From Iphione sp. A-MEVVRFRX5 (taxonomy: Eukaryota), in contig OZ320316.1 in NCBI GenBank assembly GCA_976226885.1, positions 50,592,001-50,656,000 of the forward strand: a DNA stretch of 64,000 nt, written 5' to 3'. The translations under genes and the position numbers were made by a program. Within the stretch, counting starts at the first letter, position 1, and every line of letters begins with the position of its first letter. Shown here piece by piece: positions 39,501 through 54,000 of the stretch. A model generated the notes under the pieces. That model was not told where the DNA came from and did no database searches. It worked only from the letters and a program-made list of their open reading frames with translations.

Positions 39501-42500
39501 CTCCGATAATGAACGTCATACCCAAGAGTCACTACGTTTCTACATCTAGAAATCAAACATGAATGATATCTAGGAAACATCACCCCCACCCTCAACTAGG
39601 ACCAACTTCTCAGTCACGATCACAGTACTCTGAAATGTCTCCAATTAGGGCACCCTTGCGTCGTGCCCCTACCAGAGACAATCAGTACGTGTATATAGAA
39701 AATGCATGTATTATCCGATAATTGAAGTAAAATTAACCATTTCCAACAAGTTCCTGAAAAAAAGAAATCTCAACTTCATTATATCTTTAATTTAATGGCT
39801 ACATTTAGAGCTTGAATCTAAGCAGTGTTTAAATATACCTGTAAAATACAGAGAATATTTATCTATAAAATATTCTCGTATTCTCGTATTCCCACTCTCC
39901 ACACTAAAGACACTTCGCTGTTTCTGCGACTTACATCAACTGTCCTCATAAGCTACACGATTTTTCTTTCTCTTTTTCATACTGTTAATAAGGATCCTGA
40001 ATCCTTAATATATATCTATTATTCGTCACGGATCGCTATGATAGAATTCAGAGCTACAGTCCAGAATGCACTGTAACCTCATTGCTGAGAACAGAAACCT
40101 GTAGAAAACGTGTTCTTGTTCCTTAAAATGGGACAAATAATGACAATCATATACGACACATGCGGGATGGAGCCTTTTTCTCTGAACGTGTATACAGGAT
40201 ACGGGAAACGTTTCAGCACTTAAGAGAACGAGTGAATGTGATAGTTAAGACTGAGTGTATGGGGAACTTGCTTAGACAGATTTGTAGCCATTCATTACAT
40301 CTGATGGGCGGTTAAGTGGTTGGATGCCCTTGGTGATATGATAAGTAAGTTGTTGCACAAAGGCACGCGGCTGTGTACTACTAGAAGTACGTGTGATGCC
40401 ATGTTATAAGCTTAGTGGGCCTGCTGCTTCACAGTCTCTCGGGTCACATCATTCATGGCCGCTGTAAGCCAACGTGCTCGCTCATTCAGTGAAGTAAGTC
40501 CATTTCATCGACAGCTGTTGACACCCAGATGCTCATTATGGCCAAGAGCGAACACCCCCTCTGGACCGGAGTCAAATATTGCATCCAATATGGTCACACT
40601 CTTTAATCAAATGCCCATTGCTCACTTGCAGTACGTATTTTAGATGCACGCATGTACATGTGTATTCAGATGTACGAATACAGATATACTGCTCTTTTTA
40701 TTGCAAAATTATATTCTAAAGGTACAAAGTATTGATGCCAGCATGCATATACATTGTACATGTATAATAATTGTCTTCATCCCTTACCTTTCCAACGATA
40801 TTTCAGGGGTATTTCTTAATCAGCATTGCTCCAGCGTACGTAAGCCCTTCAAAGAGTATTGAGTATTTAAATAGTTCTCATCTTGTTTTATAATAGCACG
40901 CTTCACTTCTATTATCAAAATCTAGTTTAACATGTGTGTGAAAAATCGCGCGTTTATACCTATACAACCACAACCATAGAATAGCTGGTGGTCCACTTGC
41001 AGTCCATCTATTCAGAGCAATCTATTCAGAGTACTGTGATGCGCGGTAAAGGTGAGCAAACTTGGCTCAGGTATACCTTTTAAACACCTCTTTGCCTGGG
41101 AGACAGGTTACCCGACTCCCATACAATTAAGGATACTGCGGCAGGTGCGGGTAGTGCTTACCACACGCCGTCTATCAGTGGACATGTCGCCTAAACCACA
41201 CTCAGTAAAGAAACGAGTGCCCCCAAGACAGGCCACACACTGCGTTCACGTAATGCATACAGTTTCCTTCAAGAATGATGAAAAAAGAAAAGACATGACA
41301 GCACAGTAGACCTCTCAACTATGGACATCCTTGTGTCTTATTTTTAAAGAAAATGGCCCCTATAAGAGTGATTCTCTCTAAGACCCGCTTTCCATGTGTA
41401 TGGATTTTTTTTCCACACTCTGTACTTGTCTGGAAAATGATTTTCCAGTCAAGCATGAACAGGCAAGGATAGGTAATTTCCACGTTAACGGGCTCCTTTG
41501 CCTCTCCCAGGCCTTTCCCTGGCCTCTCTTCCATGTATAGCTTTTGTGCTGATCTTGATTAATTCTGTCTGATCGTGTACAAACTGTAGGTTTTTTGGGT
41601 GCTGATCTCAAGAAATTCTGCCCAACCTGGTGTAAACTACAAGTTTGTGCTGATCTCAAGGAATTTGGTCCAAATCTGTCTAAAATGGGTTTGTTTATGG
41701 AAATGATATGCAAATTAGAAAATATTTTACATCATCTAACTTATGTTAGACAATGTTTTTTTCTTTTTTAAACACTGAAATTTCTCTATCCTACTGGTCT
41801 GTGTTGGTGTCTGCAGTCTGGTGACTGCAAAAATGTATGGACAATATTTTTTGGTCGCCAGACAGCTCCTGACATGCAGCCCAGAGCACTGAGCCCACCC
41901 ACAAGGAAACAGCCATTAAGCCCCCGTTTCCATACCTGCGTTAACTAGTGTCCGTGTGCATTCCCCTCTGTTTCCCATCCATCCTTATCCATTTTTATTG
42001 AACCAATGATAACTATTGTGGGGTGCCAATTATGTCCATGTGCATTGAGTTCTGTTGACTGTTAATGTTGACTGTTAATGGTCTCTGACCGATAATTTAA
42101 CGCACACAGACACAAACGGACAGTAGTATAGGGGATATAGACTTTGTAGAAGACACCTGTACTGGACAGTACAGCACAAATTTGCTGTTTTTCTGCAGAC
42201 TCTCCCTGAACTTTGCCATTTTTCCACACTTTCTCCATGAAAATTGCCACAATCTCCGTGAAAACACCATGTTCCACCCTTTCTCTCTGAAATTCTCTGT
42301 TTTTTATACATCTATCAAAGATCTATCATAGATTTGATGCATCATAAACACAGTCAAAAGACACCCCTGTCCGTGAACCTGTGTGACTTTAAAATGCATG
42401 CAAAACACATGGACATGGACAAGGACAGCAAATGCAGGTGAACGCACCTCAGCACATGTAAGGAAACCGGCCCTAAGAGTCATAGGTCCATTTTTCCCCT

Positions 42501-45500
42501 TACACATATACACAGAGTCTATTAAAGAAAAAAATTCCATACACACGGAAAGTGGGCCTTAACAGGTCATATATTCTACTTTGTGGAGATATTTCCTGGA
42601 GAGTTTGGCTTAGCTTTGAACCCGAGTGACCTTCCAGTAAGTGTTACCCACCTGGAGCATAGTACCAGGTGTAGGAGGCTCAGAGAGCGGACATCTGGAC
42701 GTGCTGGATACGTAACTACTGGAGGCAGGTGGTAATCATGATCCCGTAAATGCCTCCTAATCACAAGCATCTGTCTTGTGGTTTGGGGTCGTATTATCCA
42801 TGTCGGTAGTTAAAATACTACAAACCCTGTTTCTCCTCTCCGATCTCTGAATGCCCGTGACTCTACATATATACATTGTATATATATGTAATATTTATGA
42901 TATATATATAGAGAGAGCGTTGATAACTTGTTCCTCTCCCCCGTATTTCCACTCTAATCATTAATATTGTCTCTTATTTCACCACTGCATAATCATTTAA
43001 ACATCTTTTGCTCCTCTTATTTCATTTTTATCTTCTTTTTCCCCTCCCATTCCTCATGTGCCTTCCTATTCGATGTTTCCTTCCTCCTTCTCCCCCTTTT
43101 CTTGTCCATTCTAGCATTCCCTTTCTTCCCTCCTACCCCTCTCTGTCGTTTTTTTTTTCATTGTGCCGCCAACCCAAGAGGAATTTCTCATCTGCAAATG
43201 CCAGAGCAAAGAATTTCAGGAACCATAATATTTGCAATGCCAACAGATAGAGACATTTATTACCAGCTACCCTACCCAACAGAGCAGAGGAGGGGATCCA
43301 CGGGGAATTCAAATGTGATTGGCAATTACAGCCTATATACGTGAGCAGCATTGTCCAGTGACCTGAGATGCAGTGGAATAGTATCCACTGCGACTCACGA
43401 GCACAACCCAACCGAAAAATATATCCCAACAATATCGTCTCCCAAACTGAAACAGGTTTCCGGATGGCTTCTACGTGTTTCCGCCAAATCATTTGTACAT
43501 GATAATGATGGGAAGCTCTCTAAAGTAAGTGTCTATTTGGTAAGCTGAGTCGGTCCGAGCAATTACTACCGTCTGGACTGGCCAGACAGAGCGCTAGACC
43601 CCGTATTGTGAGTGTCACACTCGGTGATCTACGGCCGCCCAGGCGTGCGGAAAGACTAACACGTTTAACTTTCCGCTGTCGTTGACACGTTGCTTGCCCG
43701 TCAGTCGCCTCGTCACGGTTGAGTGAGCAGCTCGGAGACCAGAGGCGGCATCACATGCGAACAGTCCCCATCATTTGATGTGCGACCAGCGACCAATCTG
43801 TCCATTGGACAAACACAATGATTTAAAGTGTTTTTCCCGACAGTGATACTCTATTGGTTGTAGAGAGCGGGGTGAGCGGTATTGCGCCATATTAAGCTAT
43901 TTCCTTTTTCTTTTTTTTTCTAATCTGTATCATTATTCTAACTCGCAGGAACGTCTATGCAATCTTGTTTGGGTGTTCGTGATAGATACAGAACGAGTGC
44001 GTGCCTATATGGTATATATTGGCATGGTTTGGATTGGATGCACGAGACGCAGTCGAGTGTGTCAAATCCAAACCGTGACATTCTATCCCATACAGGCTCA
44101 CTTGAGTTCTGTATGTCGCTTAAAGCATGGCCCCTCCCTCTCTCCCCGTTTCTCCTCTCTCTCTCTCCCTCTCTCTTCCTTTCTCTCCCTCTCTCCCCTC
44201 ATCCTCTCTCTCCCTCTCTCCTCATCCGTTGTATCTGACTTAAATTACTTTTCTGCGATTCCAACCCCGTATGTTGTTTGTTATGAGCAATCATTCTGGA
44301 CATAAGGCGAGTTGCTCTCAGCGGCATGTTTTTTTATCATCTAGCGCTCCGCGCAAGCTGGTTTACAACTTGGATGCTACCCCCATGTAAACGCGGCGCG
44401 GGGTGGCCTGGCGGTGTTTTACAAATCCCCACGTCCCTCCAGTGTAGACGTCGACGTAAATAGTTATTGTTTTTGTTTCTGTTGCCGTTCTCAGGGCCCG
44501 CCCGGAGCGACTGGAGCCGCTGGAAAGGAAGGAAGCCCAGGTTCGCCCGGTGTGCCGGGGTCGCCTGGGGAACCCGGTAATCAGGGTGTGCCCGGCGTCA
44601 GCGTGAGTATGCGCCGAAATCAGTAAGGAGAACCCATCAGGACATAGAGTCCCCGACTTTTTTTATTGACAATATCACAACAGCAATAAAAAAAACAAAT
44701 ACCAGAAAATTTTATCACGTGATTCGGACTTAATACTAAGCCACAGAGCATTGTTAAACCTTTCTTGTTATGGGTCAACTTCTTTTGCCCCTGCATGCCA
44801 TAATAAAGTTTACTTGAATGGACAACTTGCTTTTTCTATTTTCGTTTGTTTCCATTACTTATGGTCAAAGTTGATAAAATGTCAAGACTGAGCCCTGTTC
44901 TTCCACAGGTTGTTTCTGTTTGTACTCCCATTTGTTTCTTCTCCATTAAAGGGAGAGCCAGGACCAGCCGGACTGCCTGGACCTCCAGGAGTACCAGGTT
45001 CAACGGTACGCAGTCTCGAACTTGCCTTTGTGGCCCGAGTGTAAACCATTTCCATTTCCCTATAAAACAATGGTTGTTTAGAAACCTGGTACTTGCTCAG
45101 TGAGTATCTGTACTGTTGATTAATACTACATTATCCATAAAATCGACTTGTTCTTAGCTACAGTAGTTACCACCATTCATACAAGAATATCTTATTTTAA
45201 CCTGTATCCGAACTAGGGAGCTTCGGGACCAGAAGGTCCACAAGGACCCCAAGGGCCACAGGGCGACCCGGTAAGCACGCTTTAATACATGGACATGTAC
45301 ACCATCCAAATATTTAGTGGAATTAATTCTTGTCAGAGACATGCCTAGGGAATACATCCTATGATATTAACATTCATGTATACACCATATTAAAAAACAT
45401 TTGCATGTAGATTTGTGATGGTTATAATATTTTTCAGAAATGAACATTCTCCTAACATGCATGATATAAATTTTCTTATAATTATATTCTAAGCTTTCTT

Positions 45501-48500
45501 TAGATATAAGGGTTCTTCTTTGTGTACATACAAAATGATCATGCAATATACATTATACGTGATAAAGAGGTATATAAGATGACCGGGATCCAATGTCAAT
45601 AAAGGTGATGTAGATGCAAATACATGTACATGTATTCCACTTTTGTCTCCACCATTCGGACCTGTGCAGGGTATCCCTGGCAAAACCGGTGCGCCTGGTC
45701 CAAGAGGAGAAACCGGACTTACAGTAAATAGCGATTTATTTACATTACTGGATTTTGTGCAGTAGCGTGCTATAAGTGATATAGTTATAGATGGTTTAGA
45801 GAAACGTGTTTGACATTCAACAGGTACTCTAATCTGATATTTATAAGAGAACTGTGGCCAAACAAAATCAACTCATGTTTTATTATTTCTTCAGGGGTCG
45901 ACTGGACAGAAAGGTGATAGAGGTGAACAAGGTGTTCCCGGAATCCCCGGTAATGTGGTATGTAATTTCAATCACAAACCAGAATATTTATATGCATTTG
46001 TTTAATATCCTAAGGACTGATTCTTTATCTCAAGCACTCCGTTACAAAAGAATAGTGTAGTACACATCTGGTATGTGCAGGTTAGGTACATATTTTACCT
46101 TATTTTGAGTCCAAGTATACATTGAGAAAGCCATCCATTTTGCTGTTGCATTATATATATGCCATTTTGACACACGCATCGAGACCTGCCACAGCTGAGA
46201 GATATCCATTAATACTGGCTGACCCCAAGTAGTTCAGTTGGACACACAGGTGTCATCCATGGATACCCCAGAACCTAGTTGTGAACTATAGTCAACTCTC
46301 ACATTAAGACGATATCATGAAGGAGATCAGATCGGGGAAGATACAACATTTTAACAGAACCAAAGGCATACATTTCTATATACAGGATACCTTTGAGTAA
46401 ACCAAACCACATCAGAGGTACATTTCTCCAGTCCCAGAGGTGGTCTCCTAGGTGAGAATTTACAGTATTTAAAGATTAGACCAGATGGTTTTAAAACATG
46501 AAAAACTGATAAGAAGTTTAAAGTCTTTTCTCTTCAATAACCTGGACTGCCAGGAGTTTTAAGCTATTCCTCTCCATCTCCATACAAAGTAAAAAATGTT
46601 AGAGGAAAATGCGTTGGATTGCAGGAGTGCACTTGTGAACTGCTAAATCATAGGATGGGCGTTAGTTTTCACTCCTCGCCGTTGTTCGTCGGTCAGGGTG
46701 ACTAACGTTTATTGGCCTTTTCCCGTAACCCCCATGGATGGATGTTGTGGCCCCTAGGTACGTTTGTAGGTACACGGGTCAAGTAACTCTTTCATGGTAG
46801 CAAATAGCGAGCACACTACTGGGCGGCGTGCGAGCAGCTCTGTGGGTGAGCCCCTCTCACACTGCCGGGAGGAATTGCTCACCTGTGGAGAACTTCACAA
46901 AGAACCAGGGCTCTAACCTTTCTGTCCCGCGTTTGCGATATTGGCGCCTATATAGTTCTCAACCACCTTATCTGAAGGAAAGCACAGACCTTCAGAAGCC
47001 AATCACAAAATTCATAATGAAAAACGATTCATCAACACAGGAACCTCCTGAAAGATCAGTTTTCATTTCGTCCTAGAGATACGTCTTCTCTAGACCTGAT
47101 AAATACTGACGTGCTCTCAAATAAATCCCCAGGGTGTTCACCTGGGGCGATCCATTACGGTCTCTCACACAGAAACGGCGGTGGACAGTAAAACCTTCCA
47201 TCTGATGGAGATACGAACCGATTTGCGCAGACTGTAATGACCTTCCGTTTGGTCCTACATGTCCAGAAAGGAACGTCAGACTTAAACACGTAGGCGTTTA
47301 GAAAACAAACGTCCTGTCTTTCCCCCAGGTGGCAGTACTGAGGCTACGTGCAATAGCAGAAGTGAACTGTTTTGCATTCCTCGTAGGAATGCCAAAGAAC
47401 CTATCAACTGCTTATTTTTAACGCCCCCGACCTGCCCAGGCACCAAAGATCAGCAATATATCAGGATTTTATGTGATATTTTTTTTTAAAAAGTTTTGCA
47501 CCCAAGTAGCCCTTTTTAATTGTGGTATGATTAAATATAAGTCCCTGTTTACACGGATACATTCTCATGCAAGCATAAAATATAATCGGGTATATTGAAT
47601 TATGTGTGCAATTAAAACCAGTTCTGAAGTCTAGATCATCCTATAAAACATACATTTTGCACCCTTTACCCCTGATGCATCGACTGAAATTGATGCAGAA
47701 TTTAAAAAGAAATGTATTTCTTTTCAGTCTGTAGGGATCAGGGGGCCTCCCGGACCTTCTGGATCCCCCGGACCACCTGGGCCACAGGTACCAACATCCT
47801 TGAAACTACAATTATATAGGCCTCTAGATAATTCACTGAAAGAATCACAAACATGACAACGTTTGAAACTGTCAATTATCAGTTTTAACAATTTTGCAGA
47901 AAGACAACTGGGTTCAACAAAAGATAACACGAAGATTTGATGAACGTTCCCACCGTCTGTTGGATGGGAATATAATCAACGACATAATATATACTTCGTC
48001 TATATACATGTTTCTGTCCATTCCCTCTTCATTTCCAGGGAATTGCCGGCCCCCAGGGACCTGGAGGGCCGGTCGGGCCTCGAGGGTACAAGGGGGAGCC
48101 TGGAAGAGATGGTAAGGACGGTCAACGGGGAGAGCGTGGATTCAAGGTAAGACCCACCTATCCTGCTCCGCCAGGTATAGATGTACGCACAACCCCTGGG
48201 TGAGCAGCTCAGCTCGTCTATTGTTGTCGCTATAGCTCACTGTAATGTGAGACGATCCGGCACAATAGCGTGGCATATCAATGTCATATATTTCTGGATG
48301 TTTACAAAGGTGAACGCATAGAATATTCTGTGCGGGGCTAGATGTTTTTGGGGAAGGTGAAAAACGAAGTTCTCAGGCGGTCGTCTGCGTGGGGCTATAT
48401 TTCAAAACCATGAGCTCCAGAGAACTGATTGTACAAACAATGGACCTGGGATAATTGAGATCATAATTTGATCTTTTACTTGGAATATGACGTCATAAGG

Positions 48501-50978
48501 CACTTTGCATCAATCAAAATGTGTTATTTCCTGACACAAAATGACACAAACAGAGTGTTGTAATTGTATTTTACCAGTCAGTACACGGCCCATTGTGCAC
48601 GGAAAGACGGCGATCAAATATGAGTACATTTTAGCAGCATTTACAAGCTGTATATCTTGGATAAGGCAGTGATTTGCGGTACTTTCCATTAAGTTAAAAT
48701 TGAGACTGTAGATTTCTTCTCAGATACAATTCTAATCGATGCATTCCGGAGGTGTCAAACACCCATTTACAAAGGGGATGTTTTGCTTACAGTGTGATAT
48801 CATGACAAGGATTCCACTTATCACAATGCCTATATTTGTGATATAGTAAGACAACTGTACACAAATCATATACAGGTATACCTCTGTTAATGAATCCTGC
48901 GCGACCAAAGCTCCTTTATAACAAAGTAACTGTAAGTACCCTATAATAAGTTGAAAATAAACATATCCCGGTATTGGTAACTATTTTTAGCCACTCAGCT
49001 GTACCTCCAAAAACTTTGTTTGCAGAAGAGTAAACAGCAATCTCGTGACAGTATTAAGTATAGTTTTTAAATGCTTACTATGTGTTACTAAATCAATCGT
49101 TTTTTCTCTGTGTCATGAAGGGTAGTCAAGGCGAGCCTGGAGTATCGGGGATACCTGGGCTAGATGGACTCCCTGGACCTCCTGTAGGTAGACCATGTCT
49201 CTACTGAAAGAAAGCATCACACAAGTTTACTTTGTAATCAACACCCAAACAAATCGATATGTAACATGTATTATTACATTGTATTTTGAGACTCCTTCCT
49301 CAAATATATCACAGATTGTGCTGAGAAGGAGAAACACCATACACAATTACATGATGTACCAATTCTTACTCTAATGAGTTTAGAGCGTAAGTCTACACTG
49401 AGAAGAAAACTGTTGATCTTTATTCAATATGAAGGCTGCTATTCTTAGTTAGTCGGAGAACGTTTTACCGGTAACAACATTTGATCTGTCAGTTATTGTA
49501 TCCGGTCTATTTCAGGGGCCACCAGGGAAGACAAAGGAGGATGAGAATAGTGTTATTGTTCCGGTACGTTTACATAGCTATGCGTAGATTAAAATGTTTG
49601 GTTGAGACATGTACATATTTAAGGAAAGGAGAATTCGATAAAGTTGTAAACATTTCTTTCGAAGATCTATGGGCTTCTGCTAAATACTTTGAAATATAAC
49701 ATTGCATACAACATAATCGTAGTGCACAAAATTAATCATTAATCACCACTGTCTAGTTTATGTGATTTTTCTTCAATGATATCATTAATCAAACGTTAAA
49801 TAGGTGCAGATATATTCCTTTATTGTGTTGTACTATGTAGGGGGAACCAGGACCACGTGGCCTGCCCGGGAAAGATGGTCTACCAGGGCTTAAGGTAAGT
49901 GATATCTTTGCTTTCATTAAAAACCATCTGTTGAATTTTTTTTTTCATTTTAATAGTATTGTGAGTGCGGCCTGTGCTGGCCCTGCTAATGGATATGGGC
50001 GGAGCCTGTACTGGGTCACCCTGAGCTCAGGTGAGCTACCTGGCTCAGGTTAGGAAGGATCATTGACTATAAAAGACAGTTCAGATGGAGTTTGTACACA
50101 CTTACATCTTTATTGTTCATCAATAAACTTCTAATCTCAAACTGTAGTATGGCTCCTCAATCAGGGCGAAAAGTATTGTGTACTTTTTGGGTGCCAGTCT
50201 TCTCATATCTTTTGTTTGGTGTACTTTTTAAACAGGGTCAGAAAGGCGAGCCTGGTGATATTGGTGAACGTGGAGTAGGAGGTGAGAAGGGGGAAGCTGG
50301 GAATCAAGGTTTGCCAGGAATTCCCGGTGCAGATGGTTTACCGGTAAGTACTGGCAATCAGGAATAATTCATTTAGACGTAAAATGATTATTATAGTGCT
50401 AGACATCTCTGGTACAGACAGTTTGGCAGTATGTAATGGCAACCATGATAAATCACATGTAATTCAGATATAAATTATTGTAGTACCTTTTTGGTATAGG
50501 TGGTCTACCGGGAGATGGTAAGAAATATAAATACCTGTAATTCCTTTAGATTTGAAATGACCATCATAACAAGCATTTCTGGGGTAGATGGCATGCCAAT
50601 GAGTAATGACCATCACCAATGAACATAAAACTATACATCCCTCATCTTCCCTACATATAAATGGTAATTACTTTCTATCTCGATGGCAAACAGCCGAAAG
50701 TCTACAAATGAAACTGCAGGAAGCTCATGTTCAGTATGATCGTTATATAGTCTCTCAGCTACTACAGGGACAAATATTAAACAAGATCAGAGTCGGACAG
50801 TTTACGTAAAATAAATCACTAGCTATTCATGCCCAAATGATTTATTGAGAATAAGCTGACTGATGAGGACCTTAAACGTACCCATCCCACAAATGAGCAA
50901 TTTGTCGGTCACGTCAAGAGGATTAGGCCTTCAAAATGGATAGATGAGGAGGCCATTGAATCGGTGGAATCTTAGAAT

Positions 50979-51035
<57 letters not shown>

Positions 51036-54000
51036 CAGAGACAGAGAAAAGGAGAAATAGACAGGTATATAGAGTACAAGAAAATATAAAGTACATCCGT
51101 TTATATATCATATAAAAAGTTATCAAAACTCTTGCAAACTAAAAATGAGAGCGTGTTGGGGGGTCTCTCCCCAAATTAATTAATGAAAATAGGATATTTT
51201 ACCACAGGTCGGGCTAAAGATACCTTTAATTTATTTTAAAAAACAGCAAATCGTATTGGAGGATATGCTAAAGATGGTTTTTATTCATGAAATTGGGTTT
51301 GAATCCCAAGTAGGTTCACTGATCACTCTTCTTGAAACAGTGAACTCTTCTTGTTTTTACCATCGTTTCACTTGGGCAAAAAAAGACCCCTTCACACACG
51401 AGAGAGCGACTTATGGGTCGAATATGTTTACTTTCATGATATCCTATGTATCGATGTGGATGGGTCGGTATTCATGGCACCTCGCTCATTGTTTGCAGCC
51501 TGACTGATCAACATATTTTCAACTTGCAGGGACTGCCTGGACCTCAAGGACCTCCAGGTGATCTTGGACCTCGAGGGCCTCAGGTAAGCATTTTCATTAG
51601 ATTAGAAAAGCAGAAATATTCGACCACACCCGTTACCTCTTATATTGTCGACTATTCTGAGTTTGTTTGTCGCTGAAATAGTTCACAGTATAGGGTACAC
51701 ATTTTCTTTAGACGTGTAAGACTACAATGTCTGTGGTTATTGGTGATCATATAACAGCCATGTGGCAGTTTTGAATATGCCTAGATCCTGATGCACTAAG
51801 TTGCTCAACCCACCCTCGCTGTACTCCTATCAACACTTACCGTTGAAGTCGGAGGAACATGGGGATGTGTCTGGACTTCCTCTGTAGCCAAGAACATACT
51901 TAGGTGTATATATTTGAATATAATGTACTTTTTCCATTTGTTTTTATTCTTTAGGGTGACACCGGAGCCATTGGATTCAGAGGCCCCAAGGGGTCCAAGG
52001 GAGACGAGGTAAGCAAGTCAAACATTAAGCGTCATTTATCAATTGGATTAAAGTTCCAACACGGTGGTGTCGGATTCTATATAGGAAGATACAGTCCCAG
52101 CTACATGTTTGAATCCCAGGACCCAGCACTGGAAAGAGTGAACTTAGTCCTCATTAAAAAGTCATAAACTGATGGGTAAGGGGGGTCCCAGCATGGACCT
52201 TAGTGATAAGAAGGTGTTAATTGGAAATTAATGGTAATTTAAGTGTCAGAACTGCGATTAAGGACTTCATTTCATGACAGGTCTGAAGTTTAGTCACTCT
52301 GCTCTCGGGCTGGGACTTCATCCCAGCCCTTGAGCATCGTGACTAAACTTCTAGACCTGTCATTCAATTCCATCCATAATCGCTTAGATCAAGGATAGCC
52401 ACAGCCTCATCGTGGCATCATTTATCATTCATGTGTTACTTTTCCACAGGGATCCGCAGGTCTGAAAGGAGATATAGGCATGAAGGGAGAAACTGGAATG
52501 AAAGGCGAAGCTGTAAGTGTATACATCTATGTTGGCATAGTCAATCGATGTTGTTCGAAGCCTCAATAAACAACCAAGGCTACTCATCCAAACACTTACT
52601 TTTTCTCTGGGACAAACGCATTTTTTATCATCCTCTTTATCCAGCGGAAATCTTAAGACTGATCATTTTGGATAAGAGAGGATGAGTAACATTGAAAGTT
52701 AAATTCTTGTGGAGGAAACTATAGTTCAACATGGCAAATCAGTTGACATCCGAATGCATCCCATGCAAAAATGCAACAGAAGATTTTACCTATACATCGA
52801 GTATGTATATAAATAGAAAAATACACAGGCATAGAATAGCAAACAATATAATATAATAGGATACCAGTATCATTATCTAACAGAGCTAGTCACAAACTTT
52901 CATACATTTCTACTCATATGTCTGTTATAAAGATACCTAAATAACAATAATAATAATATCTATGTCAGGGCCCACCAGGACCTCCAGGCTTCCTCAAAGA
53001 CCCTCCTGATTCAGCGAGCATTAGGGTGAGTATTCATATTGAGAGCAGATTCCTTATACGACATGATGCTTTCTGTTTCAAAAACAAATACTATATGAGT
53101 ATAAATACATGTACACTGGTTAGCTTCCATCATAGTCACGAGGTATTGCTCAGGAGTGCTACCCCCTAGTGGTTTGTTCAGACATTGACACCTAGCTGTT
53201 ACCGCCAAGATCAGGTAGCATGTGTGTGCTGGACCTGGAAGTGTCAAAGTCAAATACTTGTCACTGGACACTAGTAAAGGTTGCATACTTACCCTTGCTC
53301 CTGTGCATCTTGATGAGTATCATTTTGCTATATATATTTCCTCTGCGGCCACAGGCCTAAAAGTTTTGTCGTGCAGCCTCGAGAGACAAATGAATTATAT
53401 TCTTTCTGTGGTGTTGTGTTTTTCTGATTGTCAGTCTAAAAAAATTGTATTTTCTTCCTTGCAATATATATATATAATAGGCAAACACCTGATGGTTTGT
53501 ATATTTACTTTTTTTCGAATATAACTAAGTCCCCTGTATTATTTTCAGGGACCCCCTGGGGAACCCGGACCGTCCGGGGAACCAGGCGTACCTGGAGAGC
53601 CGGGATTACCAGGTTTCCCCGGTGAACCAGGTAAATCAGGAGAGGAAGGCATGCCAGTAAGTATATCGCTGCTTGTATTTCGGTTTATTTGTGATAAAGC
53701 ATTGGTAACGATCTCAGAAATGTCCGATGCTGGAGACAAGAGCCCTCAGGTACATGTATTTTGCCGTAAGATGAATTACTACCGAGGAGCACACTTGGCA
53801 AGACATTTTACATGGTTAATCACCACGTTCAGCCCTCGCTTTTTGGTGCAACAGACTCCCTGTCCCCCTCGCTTTCTGGTACACCAGCATTGCCCAATTT
53901 TCCAGGAATCTTCACCAGCGCCCCGTTTTGTGAATATGTAGAATTTTATTTGGTTTTTGAAATATTATCCCCTAATAACAAGTGCTCAGCGTGCAACGAG

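Noticed and set aside
40455-40493. ATG-containing segment with a strong donor ([13 protein letters not shown]|GTAAGT), considered as a COL9A1-style short-form first exon
   Set aside because: No signal peptide and no clear promoter evidence. It cannot be supported without transcript data.
46936-47005. TTGGCGCC, TATATAG and GCCAATCA close together, suggesting an internal promoter
   Set aside because: Short motifs only; no downstream exon or ORF could be attached on either strand.
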